From contig NW_021829842.1 in the NCBI RefSeq assembly GCF_006345805.1, positions 1 to 5,816 on the forward strand: a DNA stretch of 5,816 bases, in the 5' to 3' direction. This DNA is from Octopus sinensis. Taxonomy: Eukaryota. Position numbers and translations under genes: made by a program. This document shows, piece by piece, positions 1 through 5,816 of the stretch. The notes beneath the pieces are model-generated. The model saw only the letters and a list, made by a program, of their open reading frames with translations, was not told the DNA's origin and did not search any database. Numbering within the stretch: the first letter of the stretch is position 1; each line of letters begins with the position of its first letter.

Positions 1-940
1 CTGCAGTGAAGCCACTGATCAGCTCCAAGAATAAAAGTGTCGTCTTACCTTTGCAACTGAACATGTGTTGTGGTCTCAGAAAAATGGCAACGGTGCATTT
101 CAGTGATGAATCTAAGTTTATGTTATTTGGCTCAGATGGGAAAAGGTACGTTCATAGAAAAGTAGGTGAAAAATTGTCGCCTAAATGCCTTAAGACTAGT
201 GTTAAATTCGGTGGAGGAAGTGTCATGTTTTTGGGGGATGATATCTTGAGATGGTGTGGGGCCCTTTGGTGTGATTACATGGAAAGGTAAATGCAGGAGT
301 TTATAAATAACTTGTTAAAGATCATGTCTTGCCTGTGCTGAGAAATTCACTAAGCGACCACCCATATTCACTGCAGGACAATGCCCCATGTCACAAGGCT
401 AAGGTGGTCATGAACTTCCTCAAGGCTGAAAAGGTTATGGTTATGGATTGGGCCTGCTCAAAGCCCAGATCTCAATCCTATTGACATGTATGGAATATTC
501 TAGGAGAACGTTCGAAAGCCAGAAATCCTAAAACAATTGAGCAATTATGGAATGCCCTTCAGGAAGAATGGAATAAGATCACCCAGCAAGAAATTGAAAA
601 TTTAATTTCCTCATGCAGTCGAAGATGTCAGAGTGTGATTGAAGCTAAAGGGCTTCACTCTAAATATTAAATAATTCCAGTATTCTCTGTCATTTTTGAT
701 TATTTTGTTATTTTTTCAACAGATCTGATCAATTTGGCTTCCATGGGTTTTGCAGTAAATCACTAAATCATCCATAACTTTTGTATTATCCACTAAAATT
801 ACACCAAAATCTCAGACAATAACAACTAATATTGTATTTAATGTCTGCGAAAATTATAGAATATAAAACTACTCTGATAAAAACTTATACTTACTTTTCT
901 GATGAAAACAATGCCGTTCTGAACATTTTGGCCGCAACTG
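1..940 (+). mobile_element. Tc1/mariner DNA transposon (Tc1, DD34E), 3' portion; runs off the left window edge
   Basis: Transposase remnant at 1-670, then an AT-rich 3' region ending ...GAACATTTTGGCCGCAACTG at 940, followed by TA. The reverse complement of the end is CAGTTGCGGCCAAAATG, a typical Tc1 CAGT-type terminus. Confidence 0.93.
3..670 (+). pseudogene. Tc1-family DDE transposase pseudogene (catalytic domain and C-terminus)
   Basis: Across frames it reads KPLIS..NK.CRLTFATEHVLW..W..VHFSDESKFMLFGSDGKRYVHRKVGEKLSPKCLKTSVKFGGGSVM.WG, then QDNAPCHKAKVVMNFLKAEKVMVMDWPAQSPDLNPI(E), then WNILGERSKARNPKTIEQLWNALQEEWNKITQQEIENLISSCSRRCQSVIEAKGLHSKY* (TAA 668-670). D1 is at 105-107 and D2 at 377-379, with 34 residues to the E position (about 483), which carries a 1-nt deletion. 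There are several frameshifts and stops at 247-249 (TGA), 272-274 (TGA) and 308-310 (TAA). Confidence 0.95.
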
Positions 941-942
941 TA
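911..942 (-). repeat. Right terminal inverted repeat of the Tc1 element plus TA target dinucleotide
   Basis: The minus strand reads TA-CAGTTGCGGCCAAAATGTTCAGAACGGCAT. The terminus abuts (TA)n at 941-954. TIR length cannot be fixed because the left TIR is outside the window. Confidence 0.8.
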
Positions 943-1303
943 TATATATATATAATGACTTTTATTACTTTTATTCCTACCTCGGTTCATCGAATTGTAT
1001 ATATCTTTCATTACTTTTCATAAAAAGCCTTTACTTTTTTTGATTTACAATGTGCATTTTCGTTGATTTTTCTTACTTTCCCCTTACATTACCATGTGTA
1101 GTTTCTATTTTCTTTTTGTAACATATTTCTATTACATATATTTATATATATATACATGTTCATAGGAATCGGTTACCAGTAGGTACAGTACATGATTCTT
1201 ATTAAAGAGAATATAAAAAGAGTAATAACAAGAGCAAAATAGGAGTAAGCAATAGAGTTTGAGAGGAGTACAACTTTGTAGAAAGGAAAAGGTATATGAA
1301 AGG

Positions 1304-1306
<3 letters not shown>

Positions 1307-1334
<28 letters not shown>
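1307..1334. repeat. (TA)n microsatellite flanking the palindromic element
   Basis: Direct reading. Shorter TA runs also occur at 941-954, 1134-1153 and 1889-1932. Confidence 0.95.
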
Positions 1335-1339
<5 letters not shown>

Positions 1340-1511
1340 AGCGGGATCAGCCATCTGAATGTGGCTAGGGACAGGGCGGGGTGGGGGGGTGTTACTGATG
1401 CATTTAGCCCCAGGCGACTATCGACGTCACCAGAAGAGCCGACACCATCACGGTGTCCCTTGCTAGCCTGCAAAGGGAGATCAGCCTCAACCGAAGATAC
1501 GGATGCTACAA

Positions 1512-1556
1512 CACACGGACCGGTTTCGAGGTATTTGCTCTCTTGTCAGCCGCATG
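1512..1556 (-). ncRNA. Mirror copy of the hammerhead-like motif in the left arm
   Basis: The minus strand reads CAUGCG-G-CUGACAA-GAG-AGCAAAUAC-CUC-GAAACCGGUC-CGUGUG, the same core with three single-base insertions. Confidence 0.65.
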
Positions 1557-1639
1557 GCAAGCACGTTCTTCGCTGAGGTGTGAAAATCTATATATATCTG
1601 GCCTGTACAGGAAGTCCCTCAGCTAAGAACGGTGCTTGC

Positions 1640-1681
1640 CATGCGCTGACAAGAGGCAAATACTCGAAACCGGTCCGTGTG
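1640..1681 (+). ncRNA. Minimal type I hammerhead-ribozyme-like motif with variant core (A at position 8)
   Basis: CAUGCG | CUGACAA | GAG-GCAAAUA-CUC | GAAA-CCGG-UC | CGUGUG. Stem I is CAUGCG/CGUGUG, stem II is GAG/CUC, stem III is the palindrome ACCGGU, and the GUC triplet predicts a cut after 1675. It differs from the CUGANGA consensus at G8. Confidence 0.75.
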
Positions 1682-2009
1682 TAGCATCCGTATCTTCGGT
1701 GAGGTGATCTCCCTTTGCAGGCTAGCAAGGACACCGTGATGGTGTCGGCTCTTCTGGTGACGTCGATAGTCGCCTGAGGCTAAATGCATCAGTAACACCC
1801 CCACCACCCCGCCCTGTCCTAGCCACATTCAGATGGCTGATCCCGCTCTATATTATAGAGCAGTTACTGTTTATACCTCGCTCAGAGATTTATTATTGTA
1901 TATATATATTATAATATATATCTATATATTATACTTTTATATAAGTAGCGGACTATAACACAGTAATTTCCCTTCGTATAACGGTCTTTTTTCATAGCGT
2001 TTTTCAGAT

Positions 2010-2081
2010 GGCCAGATAACCGAAGAGATGGTGTTGTGGATTTCCACCTCAGCATCCGAAACTCAGAGTTTTAGTTTGGCT
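2010..2081 (+). ncRNA. Degenerate hammerhead-like fold (C at position 4), tentative
   Basis: GGCCAGAUAA | CCGAAGA | GAUG...CAUCC | GAAA-CUCAGAG-UU | UUAGUUUGGCU. Stem I has 10 bp with one bulge, stem III is ACUC/GAGU, and stem II is out of register by 1 nt. Confidence 0.33.
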
Positions 2082-2173
2082 ACCGAATAATTGTCACATA
2101 TTATTTTACAGATGAATTTCCTCTATTTACATAATATTGAGGTCTCTTTTTTTGTTATCTTACACTTTTACCA

Positions 2174-2233
2174 ATATATATATATATATAATATAACATA
2201 TAATATATATATATAATATATATATATATATAT
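2174..2233. repeat. Imperfect (TA)n / AT-rich microsatellite
   Basis: Direct reading. Confidence 0.9.
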
Positions 2234-2616
2234 AAACGTGAAGTTGTGTGTCTGTCTCCTACGATTTAGATTCCTAACTACTCCCACATTTTGTGGTGCA
2301 GTTTAACCAAAACCGGGTATCTTATAGTGTGATTCATATCAAGCCCTTCTGGGATTAAGCGCGCGTCTACGATGAGTCTACGATTTAAAAAAAATTTACC
2401 ATCAATTTTTCCATTTTAATGCATTTTTTCGCTATTATATAAGGAAGTAACTCTCTAAAAATGTCTACGATGAGTCAACCGATTAAAAAAAAATTACCAT
2501 TAATTTTTTTTTCCTTTTTAATGCATTTTTTGGCTATTTTTTGGCTATACTCTCTACTAAAATGCTTATATAGTTATTTCCCTTACAACCCGAGCAACGC
2601 CGGGCGATACTGCTAG
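2221..2616 (+). mobile_element. Non-autonomous Helitron, family A; 5' end blurred by (TA)n
   Basis: The 3' end has the hairpin CCCG-A-GC-AAC-GC-CGGG (2589-2604), 8 nt, then CTAG (2613-2616) followed by T. The 5' end TATATATATAAACG plus a TG-rich tract resembles the 4071 element. The 5' TC is not visible. Confidence 0.78.
2365..2565 (+). repeat. Diverged tandem duplication (about 98-bp unit) inside Helitron A
   Basis: GTCTACGATGAGTC..CGATT-A-run-TTACCAT..TTTAATGCATTTTTT.GCTATT..CTCTCTA starts at both 2365 and 2463. Confidence 0.85.
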
Positions 2617-2649
<33 letters not shown>

Positions 2650-2666
2650 GCGTGTGTGTGTGTGTA
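2617..2666. repeat. (TA)n/(TG)n microsatellite
   Basis: Direct reading. Confidence 0.9.
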
Positions 2667-2811
2667 TACATAGACACATACATATTTCATGCGTTGCCTT
2701 CCAATATTTATGTTATCACATCGAGTGGTGGGTCAATGGGTATAGTCATTTTTAGTATGACTTTTTTTTGGAAGGGTGGATTCATGCAGTGGTTCGTATT
2801 TTGCTTACATA

Positions 2812-3020
2812 TACTCTTTACCCTTTTATTTGTTTCAGTCATTTGACTGTGGCCATGCTGGAGCACCGCCATTTAGTTGAGCAAATCGACCCCAGGACTT
2901 ATTCTTTGTAAGCCTAGTACTTATTCTATCGGTCTCTTTTGTGTGTTTACGGAGACGTAAACACACCAGCATGGGTTGTCAAGCGATGTTGGGGGGACAA
3001 ACACAGACACACAAACACAT

Positions 3021-3051
<31 letters not shown>

Positions 3052-3222
3052 CATATATACGACGGGCTTCTTTCAGTTTCCGTCTACCAAATCCACTCAC
3101 AATGCTTTGGTCAGCCTAAGGCTAAAATAGAAGACACTTTCCCAAGGTGCCACGCAGTGGGACTGAATCCAGAACCATGTGGTTCGTAAGCAAGCTACTT
3201 ACCACACAGCCACTCCTACGCC
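2812..3222 (-). mobile_element. tRNA-derived SINE, near full length, of the abundant octopus type (specific family not assigned)
   Basis: The minus strand starts GGCGTAGGAGTGGCTGTGTGGTAAG with an A-box (3202-3212) and a B-box-like GGATTCAGTCCC (3159-3170). It has an internal TA/TG microsatellite (about 3000-3060) and a tail ending ...GACTGAAACAAATAAAAGGGTAAAGAGTA. A second copy lies at about 4531-5085. The octopus attribution is from recall, not a search. Confidence 0.88.
3159..3212 (-). promoter_or_regulatory. Internal RNA polymerase III type 2 promoter (A and B boxes) of the SINE head
   Basis: TGGCTGTGTGG resembles TRGCNNARYGG, and GGATTCAGTCCC resembles GGTTCRANTCC, at tRNA-like spacing. 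Confidence 0.65.
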
Positions 3223-3484
3223 TAAATAAATATATAAATATACGATATGTCTACAGAGAGAGAGATAGAGAGATTTTTTAATTAATGAATAATAATTTAT
3301 TAATAATCTCTTTATCTTCTTCATCTTATTACAATAAATAAATATATATAAACCTCGGTTTATATTAGTTACCTTGCAGTTGAGTATTAACTGTGAAGTT
3401 CAATATTCTTTGTATAGGTAATTAACCAGTACTTTCGTAGGATTTTGCTATCCCTGACTGAGGTTTGTAACTTTTATTGGTGCT

Positions 3485-3517
3485 TATATATATATATATA
3501 GATGGATGGTTAGATAA

Positions 3518-3591
<74 letters not shown>

Positions 3592-3705
3592 GGGTAGATA
3601 GACAGACAGACAGATAGTTAGGTAGATAGATAGATAGATAAATAGACAGACAGATAGAGAGACAGACAGATAGACAGATAGATAGATAGATAGATAGATA
3701 GAAAA

Positions 3706-3740
<35 letters not shown>

Positions 3741-3773
3741 TAGATAGATAGAACATAGATAGATAGACAAACG

Positions 3774-3815
<42 letters not shown>

Positions 3816-3870
3816 CAAACAGACAGATGGATAGATAGATAGACAAACAGATAGATAGATAGATAGATAG
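3485..3870. repeat. (TA)n followed by a compound (GATA)n/(GACA)n tetranucleotide array of about 370 bp
   Basis: Direct reading. It explains the low-complexity LSIY ORFs at 3484-3846 and 3618-3818. Confidence 0.97.
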
Positions 3871-4070
3871 TAAGGACTGTTGTATTTATGCTTCCATTAC
3901 CGAATATTTTGTCAAAACACTAGGGCGCTGTTTCCACAATCGAGGATTCTCTTAGAACCTCAAAGTACCATGAGAAGTTGGTAGGGGTTATATAAGTTGT
4001 AGGAATAAATTTGTTGATTATATTCTAATGCATTTTAGGGATAACTTTGTGTTTAATTCTATATTTTAAA

Positions 4071-4476
4071 TCTCTATATATATAAACGGCATTTTGTCTG
4101 TCTGTGTGTTTGTGTGGCTGTCAGGTTGTACCCTCACCCTGACCACGGCTTTCAACCGATTCTGATGAAACTTGACACACACATAGCCCAATGTCATAAT
4201 TCAAAACTAATGCAGCGAAAATTTTGAAAAGTTTCCCCAGTTCTGAAAAACATCGATAAGTTTGACATGGGGTCGAGAATCTAATCTTTTTATATGCAAC
4301 GCATTTTCTGTCGGGAGACAGCTAGGAACATCGTATACATAGAAGTATTCGAGTGAAGAGAAGATATTGCAACCTACACATGCGCCTTCGTTCCCTAGGG
4401 GAAGAACTAGATTGGGATTAGTCGTTGCCTACTAGGGGCTCTTACATACTCGGGTAACGCCGGGCTATGCTGCTAG
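4071..4476 (+). mobile_element. Non-autonomous Helitron, family B, complete (406 bp)
   Basis: It starts A|TC (4070|4071) TCTATATATATAAACG. It ends with the hairpin CTCGG-GTAACG-CCGGG (4449-4464), 8 nt, then CTAG|T (4473-4476|4477). The A/T insertion site without a TSD is canonical for Helitrons. Confidence 0.88.
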
Positions 4477-4530
4477 TGTTATTATAAATGGGTGACATAT
4501 TACTATACTGAACTTCATCCTTTTCTCTGA

Positions 4531-4682
4531 TGAGTGGATATACTTCCGATGTATGTATGTATGTATGTATGTATGTGTCTTTGTGTCTGTTTGTCACTCC
4601 ACAATCACTTGACAACCAGTGTTAGTGTGTTTGTGTCCCCATAACTTAGCGGTTTGGCAAAAGAGACCGATAAAATTAGCAC
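4531..4682 (+). mobile_element. Second, diverged and 5'-truncated copy of the same SINE (left part)
   Basis: TGAGTGGAT..(TATG)n..TTTGTGTCTGTTTGTC..CTTGACAACC..GTGTGTTT..AAAAGAGACCGATA aligns to the reverse complement of the 2812-3222 copy. Confidence 0.8.
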
Positions 4683-5025
4683 TTCCTTCTCTAAGCCTAG
4701 ATTCGAAACCGAATCCAAGAATCCTCGTCACCCAAACCACGGCAACCAACAGGCGCAAAAAGAAGATTTGCTTTGTTCTGTCAAAAAGTGATTGATCATC
4801 TCCCTGTGACCTGCGACCTCAGCCATGTCAAGGGGAAGTTCAACTGGACAAGCGCTGACCTATTTAGGTACTAACCCTGCTGCGGTATGTCTGTTTTTCT
4901 AGCTGCCACAAATATTATAAAACGGGTGAAACAGGAGAGGCGGCAGACTATCGCAGCAGAGACGGGAGTGGACACATGAGATAGATCTATCTACGACCCA
5001 AGCTTTTGACAGACGACAGAGACAA
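4683..5025. other. Unidentified 343-bp insertion interrupting the SINE copy
   Basis: SINE homology stops at 4682 and resumes at about 5026 at the adjacent position of the other copy (AAGTAC|TAGGC). No TIR, TSD or recognisable protein was found. Confidence 0.6.
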
Positions 5026-5085
5026 AGGCTTTAAAAATAAGTCCTGGGATCGATTCATTCAGCTAATTATTTCTACTAAAGGCAT
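5026..5085 (+). mobile_element. SINE copy, right part
   Basis: AGGCTTTAAAAATAAGTCCTGGGATCGATT matches AGGCTTACAAAGAATAAGTCCTGGGGTCGATT in the reverse complement of the first copy. Confidence 0.7.
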
Positions 5086-5316
5086 CTCCCTTGCCCGTGT
5101 CATAGCTGCATATTGCACATTGCTGCACCAGTCACAAGGGATTACACCTTCCTGAATAACCTGATTAACTATACAGGTGAATAGACTAAATCCAGCTCTA
5201 CAAGATATCTTAAGTATCCCTCAGTGCAGAAGTGTTTCATCAGGTGGGAAGCTATACAACTAGTTGTAGTGCATCCCTCAGAGAAGTATCGCATCAGGTG
5301 ATGTAATAAGGGGCAT

Positions 5317-5816
5317 CTCGTTTCTGATTACAAATATCTTGGGTCATACATATCATCATCTGGAAAAGACTTTCTAACTAGAAAGGGTATGGCCTGGTCA
5401 GCCTGTAATGACATGCATAAGATCTGGTCATCAAATCTAAGTAGAGACTTCAAACTTGAAATCTTCAAAGCCACAGTCGAACCAATTCTACTATATGGCT
5501 CAGAAACCTGGACGTTTTCAAAGAAGCTTGAGAGGCGGTTGGATGGAACCTACACTCGCCTCCTTATGAGAGCTCAAAATCTCTCATGGAAGCGCCATCC
5601 AACCAAAGTGCAAATATATGGGAAACTACCACCTGTGTCATCTCTTGTGAAAGGTAGGAGAGTCCAGTTTGCTGGACATTGTTGTAGAGCTGAAAACGAG
5701 GCAATTTCTACTCTCTCCTCTGGAAGCCATCTACTCGCAATACCAGAGGGCGCACACTCTTCGAGAGGCAGTTGGATGGAACCTACACTCGCCTCCTTAT
5801 GAGAGCTCAAAATCTA
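5317..5816 (+). mobile_element. 5'-truncated non-LTR retrotransposon, RTE-like (possibly RTE-X): C-terminal RT/thumb region; runs off the right edge
   Basis: From 5317 it reads LVSDYKYLGSYISSSGKDFLTRKGMAWSACNDMHKIWSSNLSRDFKLEIFKATVEPILLYGSETWTFSKKLERRLDGTYTRLLMRAQNLSWKRHPTKVQIYGKLPPVSSLVKGRRVQFAGHCCR. The KYLG, LLYGSETW and RR..FAGH..R motifs are typical of LINE ORF2. After a -1 shift near 5714 it continues LLWKPSTRNTRGRTL. Confidence 0.88.
5530..5815 (+). repeat. Direct duplication within the LINE: 5530-5582 repeated at 5763-5815 (period 233)
   Basis: 53 nt with one mismatch (G5537 versus A5770). The second copy is cut by the window end. Confidence 0.9.

Larger units (their letters stand above)
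1331..1857. repeat. Long inverted repeat: arms 1331-1578 and 1617-1857 with a 38-nt spacer; probable non-autonomous mobile element (Penelope-like inverted terminal repeat or MITE)
   Basis: The reverse complement of 1617-1857 aligns end to end with 1331-1578, with about 13 differences by manual count (2 substitutions, 11 small indels). The inverted repeat is certain; the element class is inferred. Confidence 0.95.

Noticed and set aside
1-6. PstI site CTGCAG at the window start as a cloning junction
   Set aside because: It reads naturally within the transposase frame (..AVKPL), so it says nothing about vector sequence.
6-290. 94-aa ORF as a functional transposase
   Set aside because: It is a frameshift chimera of a pseudogene, with stops and a damaged catalytic E downstream.
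2008-2068. Possible host exon after TTTTTCAG
   Set aside because: Weak donor site and no recognisable peptide; cannot be supported without transcripts.
3159-3222. tRNA gene
   Set aside because: No complete cloverleaf, and it continues directly into the SINE body.
832-3846. ORF-track entries 832-1023, 1132-1473, 1259-1576, 1619-1828, 2652-2846, 2939-3130, 2941-3189, 3484-3846 and 3618-3818
   Set aside because: They are read through microsatellites, the palindrome, a TIR region or the SINE. They are low-complexity with no recognisable domains.
4527-4550. CTGATGA as another hammerhead core
   Set aside because: No GAAA or stem III follows, and TGAGTGGAT is explained by the diverged SINE copy. 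CTGATGAAA at about 899 and about 4163 also lacks the stems.
4683-5024. Confident solo-LTR call
   Set aside because: A CA end is present, but there is no TG start and no TSD.
5216-5300. Repeat-spacer-repeat pattern as a CRISPR array
   Set aside because: Only two degenerate units with indels, in a eukaryotic context with no cas genes.
5574-5810. Minus-strand 78-aa ORF
   Set aside because: Antisense shadow of the LINE RT frame.

Overview
This is AT-rich, repeat-dominated eukaryotic DNA, most likely from a cephalopod (Octopus-like), judged from my recognition of its tRNA-derived SINE. I see no host exon, and it is not prokaryotic. Left to right it contains: the 3' part of a decayed Tc1 (DD34E) transposon ending at a TA (1-942); a GC/CpG-rich palindrome of about 527 bp (1331-1857) whose two arms each carry a minimal type I hammerhead-ribozyme fold with an atypical CUGACAA core; a second, degenerate hammerhead-like fold (2010-2081); two non-autonomous Helitrons (about 2221-2616 and 4071-4476); a near-full-length tRNA-headed SINE (2812-3222, minus strand); a second SINE copy split by an unidentified 343-bp insert; long GATA/GACA and TA microsatellites; and a 5'-truncated RTE-like LINE RT fragment with the start of an internal tandem duplication at the window edge. 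The most interesting signal is the hammerhead-bearing palindrome, which resembles an inverted terminal repeat of a Penelope-like or retrozyme-type element. All alignments and folds were done by eye.
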